From Octopus sinensis (Eukaryota), in NCBI RefSeq assembly GCF_006345805.1, contig NC_043001.1, forward strand, positions 132,370,001-132,434,000: DNA of 64,000 bases. The letters run 5' to 3'. The notes below the pieces were generated by a model. That model was not told the DNA's origin, ran no database searches, and was given only the letters and a program-made list of their open reading frames with translations. Shown here one piece after another: positions 39,176-52,791 of the stretch (positions are counted from its first letter, which is position 1; each line of letters begins with the position of its first letter). The position numbers and the translations under genes are program-made.

Positions 39176-39760
39176 TGGGACAGGCATGCAAATAGAATTG
39201 ATGCGACTGATAGAGCAAGGGCAGAATGTCTGGCTGAACAGAGGGAAAGAGACAGAAGCAAGAGATAAGGAATCGGATGCTCGGGGAGCAGAGCATCTGG
39301 CGAAAGAGAGGGAAAGAGACAAAAGCAGGAGGCCATGACGAATTGGATGCTCATATGAATACACATGGAATAAAACAAGTTTCGCATAAATCAGGACAAC
39401 AGCTTACCAAGATATGCAGTTTTACAGGTCCCTTTATAAATAGCCAAACCAGTGCATAATGGAGAAAATGCTTTGAAAGTAAGGTACCATTGAAATGTGA
39501 ATACAAATGGAATAACACAAGTTTTGTGTAACTCGGACCATGGATTCCTGAGATATGTGGTTTTTCCAGGTACCTTGAACTATTGGTAACTCAATGGGTC
39601 ATGGATAGTCTAGTGTGTGTATATAATATATATATATTATATATATATATATATAATATATATATATTTAAAATAATATAAATTAATTAATTTTATGTAT
39701 TGGCTTATGTTTTTCATTGTTTGATTTGCCTAATAGTGGTTTTATCTCTAATTTAATATA

Positions 39761-39771
<11 letters not shown>

Positions 39772-39791
<20 letters not shown>

Positions 39792-39878
39792 TGTATGTAT
39801 GTATGTATGTATGTATGTATGTATGTATGTATGTATGTACGTACGTACGTACGTACGTACGTACGTATGTATGTATAG
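39772..39878 (+). repeat. (TATG)n with an internal (TACG)n block
   Basis: Direct reading. Confidence 0.97.
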
Positions 39879-41965
39879 AGTGTTAGAAGTGATGTACAGA
39901 AATTGAATATTGAGAAAACGTCATCAGAATTTTGTAAAAAAATCTTTTTAGTTCTTCATTATCATTATTTATATTGTTAAGGAGGTTGCCACACAACCAC
40001 ATGGTTTGGGGCTCAGTCGCACTATGTGATATTTTGGACACCTTCTAGGCTATAGTAGAAGATACCCAGAATCCACTTGCAAGGGGATTTGGCAGACAGA
40101 AACTGAAGAGAAGCCTGTCATATATGTATGTTTCTCACTATATGAGTATGAGTATTATATATGTGTTTGTATACATCCTTGCTTTGGCATAATATGATGG
40201 CTATAAATGAGCATCACAGCCATACAAACAGTGTTGTTTATTTTTAGTCTTCCATGAAAAACTTATCTGGTCATTGAGTAATATTATATTAATTGGAAAC
40301 AGAAGGCGGTTAGCAGCAAAAAGGGTTTCCAGCTCAGGTAAATCTACCTCAACAAATTCCATCTGACCCATGCAAGCATAGAAAAGTAAATGCTAAATGA
40401 TGATGACGATGGTGATGTGTGGGTGGGTGTATAAGACAAAGTATAAATAATGGTCATTACATATTTTTCCTTTACTGGAATAAATTTGACTTACAGCTGT
40501 TTCCAGTAGTCATTATAGGCTCATTATTGATAGGTTTTGCGGTTGGTCTATTGATCAGTTGAGAAAAGTTGAATGACCTAAAACATTGGAGTTCTTAACA
40601 AATCTAAACAATATTGTTGGCCTGGTGTGCTGACAGAGAGCTTAAGTATTTTGTCTGGATTAATAATCCCTTTCCAATAACTATACACACACACACACAC
40701 ACACAGGGAAAAGGATTGAGAAAAAATCCATTTAGTGAATTGTCATACAAAATATGAAAAGAAGGAAAATGCACAAAAATTTTATGCTGTAAAAATATAT
40801 AGATATATTTCTTTTTATGAAATGAGATATTTACATAGTCAACTAATTTCATTTATGCTAATCATGACTAAGTAGTTAGTGACTATGTTGTATTTTTTCC
40901 AACATAAAATTTCTCAGCATTTTCCTTCTTTTTGTATTTTCTAATACATATCATCATCATCATCACCATCATTATTTAACACCTGCTTTCCATATGTATG
41001 CACAAACACATAAATGCATGCAGACATAATATGAACACAAAAATACAATTTAAGAACCATGTTCTAGTTAAAGTTATCAGATGGTTTCATACAATGGTAG
41101 AATTCTGCAAGTTGGGAAATCTGAAAGAAGCTATTGTGCATGTGTATAAAATGGAATCATAGGATACAACAGACTCTATAATTATGATGCTTAATGCTAT
41201 GTTCAAATCAAAATATAAAGTGCAAATAAAGAATCCAGGTTATTAATTCATAAACTTTAACTATAAACATTATTTCACACCTTTTATTTTGAATGTTTAT
41301 TTTTACCATTAATATCATTCTGCTTTTCTTGTTTATTTTTATATTTTCCTTGCCCTTTGCAGTTTTATGCTTTTTACCTTTTCCATTCCATACAATATCA
41401 AAAAATTAGTGAATTTGGTTTTGTTTCTCCAGTTTCCAAATGAATTTACTAAAGGAAATTTATCTTCATCACTGGAACTATCGCTATTAATCATTATATT
41501 TCTTAGATGTCATTTCTTGACAAAGTGAGATGAATGAAACCAATCTTGCTTACTAAATATGTTTCATTTTCTTTTTTTGTTATCATTTAAATTTTTGTTT
41601 TTGTTTTCTTTTTTCAAAATCACAAATTGATGGTAATAAATTGTGGCAGTAATTCATTGGTGGAATTTGTCTGTTTAGCATGGTATACCATAAAATGACT
41701 GAAAATTCCTCAAGCATTATTCAAGAAATTATACTTCACTGCAGTTGATTCACTGCTGTTTCTACTTAAATCACTAAAATTTCCTTATTTCTTATGAGAA
41801 TTCTTTTAAGTCTTCCACTAAATGAAATAAAAAACAGAGATAACATGTCTGATATTTTATGGTCATTAAGCTGAAGTCAGCATCTGATAATAGACTGCTG
41901 GAATAGAATCCGCTTTCTCAAAACCTTTGTTGTTTGTAGTCCATTCAATTAGTCTTTCCACTAAC

Positions 41966-42062
41966 CATAGCAGTTCCAGCTCCAAAGTAGATGGTATTAT
42001 CTTTATTCACACAGTCAAAAACATTCGTGGTAGCACACAGATAAAGCAGATCTTTCTCCAAT
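41966..42062 (-). CDS. Candidate exon (97 nt), LEKDLLYLCATTNVFDCVNKDNTIYFGAGTAM
   Basis: Acceptor cctttgttttatcttaaag, donor atg|gttagt; one open frame (phase 2 to 0). Confidence 0.4.
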
Positions 42063-43227
42063 CTTTAAGATAAAACAAAGGCGTTACCATTGTCATCTAA
42101 AATACTCTTTGTGTGCATTAAAGTCTGATCAAAGTGACACAAAATGATATTTTTTTAAAAAAGAAATTTACTCAAGCAGTTTGATTTATGACATTCAACA
42201 CTTAACTCAACTGCTCCATTTTCTATGGCTGCTATCTGTAGTTAAATTTCCTTCTTTGAAAAATGAAACTCTTTAATGTACACTATGTGCAGTCATGCAT
42301 CCATACTATGATCATTTTTAATGATAGTGTTAATATTTAAAAGAATAATAAATAAATAAAATATAACGCTAAAATCCTCAAGAAAAGTGAGACTTTTCAC
42401 TATTTTTCAAAGGACTGATTTTTTTTTTTCAGAAACAAACACCTAATTAACACATTAATAACAACACAGATCTAAAAGCAACTATGATACTATTAAGTAT
42501 CAAAGACTGCTCACAATATACCACCAATAAACAGCTGAATTATTTGAAGTAGTCAAACAGAAATATAAATCATTCTAAAAACTTTTCTACATATGAGAAG
42601 CAGAAAATTATTGTTTATTTTTACCTCATAAGATTATTGTGCATATTTAATTAATTAATGCTACAGGAATAAACTTTAAAGTATACTTCTTACAAGCAAA
42701 ATCAAAGCTGATTATGTCAACTTGATGCTAGTCTACCAGTCATAAAGTCAGTGGTTTATATGTCTTTAACACTATAGTGTCCATGGCCAAGACGTCTAGT
42801 CCTCACTAGCTTCAGTTATCATCAATTAGATCAGCTCTTTTGTTAATGCAAAAACTGCATAATTCATGCATTGGGTTAATGAAAAAACTGTTACTGTGTT
42901 ACATGAAATAGTGTGACTGTAAATACAATTAACTGAATTAATAAACCAGAGAAAACTTTAGAAGAAACAGCATGTATCAGCCATTGTGCTCAGAGAAAAG
43001 CTGGCCGAAAAGATTTAGACAAAGAAAAAGATTATAAAATGGAGACCTATCCAACCCATATCAGTGTGGTAAAATTTATGAAAAGGATGATACTGATGAA
43101 GCTGATGATTAGGGTTGTAGTCAGAGTAGGAATCGAAATTTAAATAGATAGTTAACTTCTAATTCACAGTTTTCAGTTTATGTAAAGAAACACCTATTTT
43201 GATGATGATGGTGATGATGATGATAAT

Positions 43228-43580
43228 CTTTTCTAAAATTTTGGGGAATGGGTAAATCGATTACATCAACCCCAGTGTTCCACTGATACTTAATTTATTA
43301 ATCATGAAAGGATGAAAGGCAAAGTCAACCTTGGCAGTACTTGAACTCAGAACATAAAGTTAGATGAAATACTACTAAGTATTTTGTCCAGCGTGCTAAC
43401 AATTCTGCCAGCTTACCACCTTCATAATAATAATAATAATAATAACAATAATAATAATAATAATAATAATAATGATGATTGACCTAATAATAAGGTTGAC
43501 TTTGCCTTTCATCCTTTCATGATTAATAAATTAAGTATCAGTGGAACACTGGGGTTGATGTAATCGATTTACCCATTCCC

Positions 43581-43620
<40 letters not shown>

Positions 43621-43851
43621 GTTATTATTATTATTGTCATCATCATTATTAGATAAGACAATAAGCTGGAAGAATTGTAAGCATGCCGGGTGAAATGCTT
43701 AGCGGTATTTCATCTGTCTTCGTGTTCTGAGTCCAAATGCCATTGGAGTCAACTTTGCCTTTCATGGTTAATAAATTAAGTACCAGTTATGCACTGGTGT
43801 CGATTGGTCCCCTCCCCCAAAATTTCAGGCCTTGTGCCTATAGCAGAAAGG

Positions 43852-43855
<4 letters not shown>
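43228..43855. mobile_element. SINE family B cluster: minus copy 43228-43423, inverted partial duplicate 43492-43582, plus copy ~43655-43855
   Basis: Core motifs in all three, separated by (AAT)/(TTA) runs. Confidence 0.85.
43242..43582. repeat. Perfect 91 bp inverted repeat, 159 bp spacer
   Basis: 43242-43332 is the exact reverse complement of 43492-43582. Confidence 0.95.
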
Positions 43856-43895
<40 letters not shown>

Positions 43896-44147
43896 CATTA
43901 TTATTATTATTATTAGAAGAAGAAGAGAAGAATAAGAAGCAAAGAAGAAGAAGAAGAAGAAGAAGAAGAAGAAGAAGAAGAAGAAAGAAGAAGAAGAAGA
44001 AGGAAGAAGAAGAAAGAAGAAGAAGAAGAAGAAGAGAAGAAGAAGAAGAAGAAGAAGAAGAAGAAGAGAAGAAGAAGAAGAAGAAAGAAGAAGAAGAAGA
44101 AGAAGAAGAAGAAGAAGAAGAAGAAGAAGAAGAAGAAGAAGAAGAAG
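43855..44147 (+). repeat. (ATT)n then long (GAA)n compound microsatellite
   Basis: Direct reading. Confidence 0.98.
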
Positions 44148-44149
44148 GT

Positions 44150-44520
44150 ATGGGCTTGTGCAGAGGCAGTATGGGCTAGAATGATCCAAGAAGTGGTATG
44201 AGCACCAACCTTTATCAGTCGCAGAGAATAATCAAGTGAAACTCACATACGATATGCCAATCTAAACAGATAAGAAGCTGCAACATAAGTAAACAGATAT
44301 CACTCTACTATAGAAGGAATCCAAAGAACAGACTTTCATCAACATAGCTATACCTGCAGACCAAAATATTGTAAAAACAGAAAACAAATCGAGAAGTACC
44401 AAGATCTAACATTGGAAGTGAAATGCATCCATAGAGCCACAATAGTCAGTGTGATACCGACTGTGATTGGCAATATTCTGGCATAAAGGGTCGCATCTCT
44501 AAACTGTGGAAAGGAGCTGA
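44150..44520 (+). mobile_element. R4/Dong-type RLE fragment
   Basis: KWYEHQPLSVAEN..YDMPI.TDKKL..DI..FINIAIPADQNI..EKYQDL. Confidence 0.8.
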
Positions 44521-44559
44521 GATGTGTCATAGATAACTCAAAAGATGAAAGGAAAATAG

Positions 44560-45410
44560 AAGGGGTATCATTAGATAGAAATAACTACTGGGGTGTCAAA
44601 CTGCTGGATCAGGTGATGAAGGTCACAGAGAGGGTCATAGCCCAATTAATTAAGGAGAGAGTCTGCTTAGATGAGATGCAGTTCGGTTTTGTGCCAGGTA
44701 GAAGCACCACCGATGCTATATTCCTGGTACGACAACTACAGGAGAAATACCTAGCCAAAGATACACCCCTATACTTGGCTTTGATCTCTCTGTATTTGCC
44801 AGCTCTTCTCAGTCACAGCATATCTCCAGAGGTCTCACTCTTTCATCATTGCCTCTGTGAAGCCCAACATTCAAAGTGGGCTTCACAGAGGCAATGACGA
44901 AAGAGTGAGACCTCTGGAGATATGCTGTGACTGAGAAGAGCTGGCAAATACAGAGAGATAACAGCTGTAGCCTACACCAGTGTTGCATAACCAGCCCACT
45001 CCACAAAGTACCTTTGGATCATAGGGTGACATGCTGTACTTGAGGAGACCTACTGAGTCAAGTACACCAAAATCAAATCAAACCACAATCAAATGGAAAT
45101 TGTAGTTGTGGCTGATGCCAGCACCACCTGTCTGGCTCCCTATGTCAGTGGCATGTAAAAGCACCATCCAAACGTGGTTGATGCCAGCCCCCTCTGGCTC
45201 CTGTGCTAATGGCATGTAAAAAGCACCTGCTACACTCTTGGAGTGGTTAGTGTTCGGAAGGGCATCCAGCTGCAGAAATACTGCCAGATCAGATTAGAGC
45301 CTTGGGCAGCCTCCTGGCTTCCCAGACCCCAGTCAAACCGTCCAACCCATGCCAGCAAGGAAAACGGACATTAAACGATGATGATGATGATGATGATGGT
45401 GATGATGATG
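44560..45410 (+). mobile_element. RTE-type LINE remnant: RT fragment, internal deletion with fold-back, ORF end, 3'UTR and (GAT)n tail
   Basis: MKVTERVIAQLIKERVCLDEMQFGFVPGRSTTDAIFLVRQLQEKY (RT domains 2-3); then GFTEAMTKE*DLWRYAVTEK; the UTR ends gcatccagctg...aacccatgcc...ttaaacgatgatgat. Confidence 0.85.
44784..44959. repeat. 176 bp palindrome (83 bp arms, 10 nt loop, 1 mismatch)
   Basis: Read directly; centre gaagccca-acattcaaag-tgggcttc. Confidence 0.97.
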
Positions 45411-45840
45411 GATAATAATAATGATAATACTAATTGCTTATTATTTAGATACACTACCAGTAATTTTGTGGTGAAGATATGATACCACTGACTCCAGCAC
45501 TAGACGAATATAATATTTTAGCAACCCCAAAAGACTAAAAGACAAAGTGGACATTGGCAAGATCTAGAATTGAGAAATATATTTTAGGACATATTTGGAA
45601 TTGCTCAAGAAGTTATGACCCCTGTGATAGATCATAATACTGAAAGAACAAATCTTGTGTGTGTAACTGTCTGACAAATGGGAACATGAAACTCTGAGTA
45701 ATAGATTTTGTGATAATTTTGCAGCTTTAATAAACGTATATCACTCTACCTTTGGTATTCGAGTACTATTTTTTCCACCTTATTTTGCACTTATGTGCTC
45801 ACCCGTGTGTGTGTGTGTATGTGTGTGTGTGTGTGTGTGT

Positions 45841-45887
<47 letters not shown>

Positions 45888-46250
45888 ATTGTATATATAG
45901 GTTAAAGTAAAAAGGAAAGCAAACAAATTGGCAAGATTTGACAAGAACATTTAATTTAGTTATATAATGAGACATCCCTGATAGCTGTTTCTGGGGTGTC
46001 ATGCCATAGGAACATCGTGCAGAGCAAAGACTCCATATGCTGAGTATTCCATCATTGGAGAGAGATAACTAGATAGAGATAGGTTAAACATATGTAACAG
46101 TGGAATAAAAGTTCCTCATCAATGATAGTTGTCATGGCTCCTTAAGTCCAGAGAAGGAGGAGAGATCCAAATAAGTCCAGTTAGATCCAATGAGACTGGG
46201 ACTCATTAGGTAAATCCATGATCAGAGAGAATGGTTAAATAGTAATCCGT

Positions 46251-46634
46251 GGAGGTGCAATAGCCCAGTGGTTAGGGCAGCGGACTCGCAGTCATAGGAT
46301 CACGGTTTCGATTCCCAGACCGGGCGTTGTAAGTGTTTATTGAGCGAAAACACCTAAAAGCTCCACGAGGCTCCGGCAGGGGATGGTGGTGATCCCTGCT
46401 GTACTCTTTCACCACAACTTTCTCTCACTCTTTCTTCCTGTTTCTGTTGTACCTGTATTTCAAAGGGCCAGCCTTGTTACTCTCTGTGTCACGCTGAATA
46501 TCCCCGGGAACTACATTAAGGGTGCACGTGTCTGTGGAATGCTCAGCCACTTACACGTTAATTTCACGAGCAGGCTGTTCTGTTGATTCGGATCAACCGG
46601 AACCCTCATCGTCGTTACCGACAGAGTGCTTCCA
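46251..46634 (+). mobile_element. SINE family C
   Basis: Full-length copy. Confidence 0.9.
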
Positions 46635-48631
46635 TCATCCATCAGTAATCCAATGTGAGGAAGAAAATGGATTCTAGCAGTTCCAAAGATGGATAAAAAC
46701 TGAGAGGAGAAAGTACACTCTGGTGGGAGAGAGATAGGTAGATGGGAGTTTTAGTGGTATGCCTATTTGAGCACTCAGAGCACATACCTATTTTGTATGT
46801 GCTCTGATGAAAACTCTTTGTATCTTTATAAATATACTTTATTTTATCCAAACATATGGAGAGAAAAAAAGAGGTGTAGGGAGAGACAGATTAAGTAATA
46901 GCTCTATATACAGTGGGTCATGCATTTGTTAGAAGGAACTGTTAAATAAAAAACTATACAAAGATAATGTAAGATACAGAATGAGTAATTGTATTCCATA
47001 GAATATACAGATATATTTCTAAAAAAAAAACAAACTAAGCAAGAGGAGAGTGAAGAATTATTTAAGGTTGATGAATAGGAATTTGGTCATGTGTTTACAT
47101 GAGAAAATATATATATACATATATATATATATATATTTAGACGGACAGACAGATATATACATATATGTATATTTATTTATTTATTTAGACAGACAGATAC
47201 ATATATATATATATATATACATATCTCTGTGCGTGTGTCTTTTGTTTGTTCATATTTGTTCCCCATCACCGCTTGACAAATGGTACTGGTTTGTTTACAT
47301 TCCTGTCACTTAGCAGTTCAGCAACAAATTTCAATAAAATAAGAACCAGATTTATAGGTAAAAAAAATATACTGGGTTGATTTGTATGACTAAACCTTTC
47401 AAGACAGTGCCCCAGCATGGCCACAATCCTATAATTGAAACAAGTATCAGATAATATATATATATATATAAAAGGTAGCTGAATCAAAGGCAATGTATTT
47501 TTCAAGAGAAATATAATAAAAGAGCGGATGACAGTATGTAACTTAATTCTCAATTACATTTCAATATATCTCATAACTGTCTCTTTAAATAAAACTGTTC
47601 AAATTACATGCTTATAAGTCACATCAGTTGATATTTTGAATCAACTCCATTGATTTTATTAGTCTTCATAAATGACACTTAAAAAACAATTTGATAACAT
47701 GTAGACAGAAGTTATGAATTAATTTTTTCCAAAACGTAATAAGTGTGACATTGAAATTCAATAAATATATTTTGACTCCACGGATTTTTCTATTGTTAAA
47801 TAACCCTTTATATTATCAATTTTGGTTTAGACTGTGTATCTTTATTTGGTTTATGGAATCTATCAAATCTCATTAAAGCCATAATCCAGTAGGGAATTTA
47901 CAGAATCATGAGACAATTTCTTATTGGTACAGAGAATTTTAGGCTAATCCTAGCAAACCTAGACTGCAACTGTAAGGGGTCTGCACCTTGTTCGGTTCCT
48001 TTTGTTGATCCCTCTTATCATGAAAACCTCAGATAAGCCTCAGATTACATAAATAGCTGTGCTGGATGCATATAAAGGCAGGCAGGCATGCATGTAGATT
48101 GTCTTTAGCTCTTATGACATGCACCTACTTGTAAACCCATACATCATAATATAACAATTTAATGTTATCATAGTTATTGCAACTGGTGAAGAAAATGTCT
48201 AAAAATATTAACTGACAAACTGCTATTTAAAATTAATCTCAGCTACAGGCTACAATAATGGTTGATGCCAACTGTGACATGATGACGGAAGGATTCCAGC
48301 TGAACAAACATGATTTGCATGTAAGTGCACAACCCTATGACCTGTTACAAGCTGAAGATACATTTTCCAGCTTTCATATCAATTTGCCAGTGAAATAAAT
48401 CTGTTAAGATAACTATGTGCAATGGGATCATGTGTGCATGTTCACTAATAAAGCAACTCACGAGAATATGAATATATTGTGTGATTATAATGTTGCATAT
48501 TAAATGCAACACAACAGTTAAAATTATATATATATATATTTATATATATACACATATGCACATACATACATATATATATATATACATACATACATACATA
48601 CATATATATATATACATACATACATACATAC

Positions 48632-48663
<32 letters not shown>

Positions 48664-48719
48664 ACACATATATATATATATGTGTGTATCTTTATATGTA
48701 TATATTTTTATATACATAC

Positions 48720-48761
<42 letters not shown>

Positions 48762-48765
48762 AAAC

Positions 48766-48810
<45 letters not shown>

Positions 48811-48856
48811 ATGTATGTATGTATGTATGTATATAAAAATATATACATATAAAGAT

Positions 48857-48890
<34 letters not shown>

Positions 48891-48977
48891 GCACATATGT
48901 ATACAGAGTTAAATAGATATATACACACATATGCCTACAGACATGTGTGTGTGTGTATGCATATGTATGTATATATG

Positions 48978-49031
<54 letters not shown>

Positions 49032-49637
49032 AACACATATAAACACATATATACAAATACTTACAAACACATACAAACACATATAAACACATATATACAA
49101 ACACATATAAAACAGCCAAACAACTGGCATATAATGCAAACAAGATGGAAATCTATGTATGAATTAATATAGTGATAGCATTGTAATAAGCATGTATCAA
49201 CATAATGAACTATAGAAATACCAAACATTATTATGTATGACAGTCTCCTCACTGTATGAACAAACAAGACGATGCATTAGCCTCATAGTCCAATACATAA
49301 AAATGCTTGTATTGTGATAAATAATTACATTACATGAAATAATCTATTACCATATTTAGAAAAACATGATCAACTTAAACAAACAATGTCATCAGATTTG
49401 TTCAGAGAAATTTTATCGAAAATATAAATGTTAGTGTAATTATTTACGTGTTGTTTTATAGATGTCCATAAAAGCAGCAACCATAAAGTAATGAATAAAT
49501 ATTACTGGAAATAAAATCAGTATAGATGCCCAACCCCCAACTCACAACACCCTACCTGATATGTTGGTGGTCTACCTTTTCTTTGAACACACTGACTTCT
49601 ATCAGTTCAAATTTTATATATACACATATACATGTGT

Positions 49638-49674
<37 letters not shown>

Positions 49675-49733
49675 AACTTACTGTAATTCTGTTATTCACC
49701 CTAAGTGATCTCTGGTGCTTGTTACTGCTTGGT

Positions 49734-50117
49734 GGAGGCGCAATGGCCCAGTGGTTAGGGCAGTGGACTCGCGGTCGTAGGATCGCGGTTTCGATTCCCA
49801 GACCGGGCGCTGTGAGTGTTTATTGAGCGAAAACACCTAAAAGCTCCATGAGGCTCCGGCAGGGGATGGTGGTGATCCCTGCTGTACTTTTTCACCACAA
49901 CTTTCTCTCACTCTTACTTCCTGTTTCTGTTGTACCTGTATTTCAAGGGGCCAGCCTTGTCACTCTCTGTGTCACGCTGAATATCCCCGAGAACTACATT
50001 AAGGGTGCACGTGTCTGTGGAGTGCTCAGCCACTTACACGTTAATTTCACGAGCAGGCTGTTCCATTGATTCGGATCAACCGGAACCCTCATCGTCATAA
50101 CCGACGGAGTGCTTCCA
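49734..50117 (+). mobile_element. SINE family C
   Basis: Full-length copy. Confidence 0.9.
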
Positions 50118-50723
50118 CTACTGCTTGATGCATTTAGCCAGAACCCGGACTGTACCTGACAGCTCTTACAGTAACCACCTGGATAATTTGTCCCTATATA
50201 CTCATTGTGTGTATATATACACACATTCAAGTCATTTACAGTCACTGCCAACCATGTATGTATACAATTTATGTACGGTGACAGCAGCAGCAGATCCCCT
50301 CAGCTCTTATTTCTAGCAGTGTAGGTGTTCTGACACCCTCAGTCATATTCAATGACAATTATTGCTTTCGTTTTTGGTGAAACTCTGCTGATTAGCTGTC
50401 TCATTTAATTATATATAATGACTGGCCATTGCCAGCCTCGCCTGGCCCCTGTGCCGGTGGCACATAAAAAGCACCATCCGACCGTGGCCATTTGCCAGCC
50501 CCATCTGGCACCTGTGCCGGTGGCATGTATAAAGCACCCACTACACTCATGGAGTGGTTGGCGTTAGGAAGGGCATCCAGCCATAGAAACATTGCATGAT
50601 CAGACTGGGCCTGGTGCAGCCTTCTGGCTTCCCAGACGCCGGTTGAACCGTCCAACCCATGCTAGCATGGAAAATGGACGCTAAATGATGATGATGATGA
50701 TGATGATATATATATATATATAC

Positions 50724-50763
<40 letters not shown>

Positions 50764-52151
50764 GCAATTATGGGGATAAGCAAATTAGACACCTCAAATA
50801 TATTAAATATATTAAATATATCAAATACAAATTATGTATATATGTATACATACAAAACGAGAGAAAGCAAAAGGTGGAAACTTTCAGATGATGAATTTAC
50901 ATGTATAAATATATATATATTTATATAATTAGGTTCAACTTACACAGAATACAAACAATAGAAAATTAAAAGGGTGGAAAAGAGGTATTAAAAGTCCAAC
51001 AGCTGTTTCTGAGAGCTCAGCAATCCATAATATTGTTGGTAGATTTAGTCCATTACAAAATGTGGCCATATGGATGCATTTAGCATAGGGTGAAACAAGC
51101 CTCCATCATCATTGGACCTCTCTGCATTAAGATCTGAAATGTAAGATCTAGTCTACCCTGATGACCTGATGCAGATACCTGGTTGAGTTGGTGTGTTACT
51201 TGAATTGCTGATGCATACACCCAAGTGTTTGCATCTATTCACATAAGAATATCACATGGAGAATTTTTGGAATGTCTTGCAAATCTTGGATTTAGAGAAT
51301 TTGCCTCAGTTTCTTTTGCTCTTTCTGCATGAAACTGAATATTTCTAGGCAAATTTGTTGGTACATAACCTATCGGTGCTCTTATTGGTAAGGTGATGCA
51401 AAAGTATGCAATGGACATTGTAGCATTATCAGAGACTAGATTTCTTGGACAGGGTAATTTTACTGAGAAATCCAGTGGCTACACGTTTTATTGGAGTGGG
51501 AAATAAGAAAAAGAAAATTGCAAAAACAGAAAGCGGTGTTGCTTTTGCTCTGAAAACCTCCTTGGTTAAGTTAGAGGAATTACCATACAGTATAAATGAT
51601 AGAATAATATTGCTGAAGTTGCCTTTAAAAAAAGGTCAGTATGTAACACCTGTTAGTGTTTATGCACCAACTATGGATGCACGTGAAAATGAAAAGATCT
51701 TCTTTTATGCTGTGCTGAAAGAAAATATCCACAAAATTCCACATGTGGATAATATTATCATATTGGGTGATTTTAATGCTAGAGTTGGTAAAGATTATGA
51801 GACGTGAGGTGTAATTGGAAGACATGGAGTGGAAAATTGTAAAAGCAATGGCTTACATTTGTTACAGATATGTTCTGAGCTGAATCTACTTATTATGAGC
51901 ACTACTTTTCAGCAAAAAGATAAGTTCAAAACTACATGGATGCACCCCAGTTCAAAATGATGGCACCTGATAGACTATATGATAACTAGACAGCAAGATA
52001 AGAGAGATTGCTGTATATTGTGGGTTGTGCAGAGAGCAGAATATTGGGCAGATTACCACTTGGTTCATGGGAAGATCAAGTTTGTAGTGATACCAAAACT
52101 TAGACAAGGTGGCACTGGCATCCCTAAACGTCTGAATGTGAATCTCCTTAA

Positions 52152-52372
52152 CCCTTTCATTACCGTATTTATTTTGAGATGCTCTGAGTTTCTTTCAATT
52201 ATTTTAAATATAACAAAGAATTTAGTAAAATAACTTAGTTATCATTAAGCTAGTGTTAGGAACATAACTTGTGACTAATGTTTAATGGAAAATTTTAATT
52301 CAAAACTTATGAAAACAACACATTTGTACTACAGAGCCAGAGCCGGTTTCAGCCGGGTTGGTAACAAAAGGG
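52152..52372. mobile_element. TTAA-specific (piggyBac-like) MITE family 1, inserted in the RTE
   Basis: TTAA|CCCTTTCATTACC...GGTAACAAAAGGG|TTAA; removal restores RLNVNLLKNK. A decayed reverse copy lies at ~2050-2275. Confidence 0.9.
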
Positions 52373-52791
52373 TTAAGAATAAAACAGTTTGAGTAGAATT
52401 TCATTAGAAAATCGAAAATTTGGATTGGACAGGTGAGTGGATGGACTTCAGAGGACACCTATACAATTTACATAAAGAAGCTTTAGGAAGAAAGAAGAAA
52501 AAAACATCAAGATTGGTTTGATGAAAGTGATGGAAATATTCAACATTTGTTGGAAGAAAAAAGAAAGGCACTGCATTCATTACTAGCAAATGATTCTGAT
52601 CAAAATAGAACTTTTTTTAAAGAGATAAAAGCAGATGCGCAAAGAAAGATTCAAAGCATGCAGGTGGCAGAAGAATGCAGAAGAGATAGAGGTGGCTTCC
52701 AATGTTAAGAACACTAAGTTATTATATACTCTCCTTTTGATGTGTATGGGCCATCATGTCCTACTTTGGCTCATGTGAAGAATAGGAGTAG

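Larger units (their letters stand above)
37581..39613 (+). mobile_element. Probable ~2 kb non-autonomous Helitron with internal direct repeats and a long palindrome
   Basis: A|TCTATATACTACTAAAACT start, CTAG|T end; block ctgaaatgtgaatacaa.tggaataa.acaagtt repeated near 37670, 39370 and 39490. Confidence 0.65.

Noticed and set aside
41340-41900. SDSSSDEDK-like and other short protein-like frames
   Set aside because: Interrupted by stops in every frame, with no good acceptor/donor pair.
46789-46820. 12 bp hairpin followed by CTGATGA
   Set aside because: No stem II/GAAA arrangement consistent with a hammerhead.
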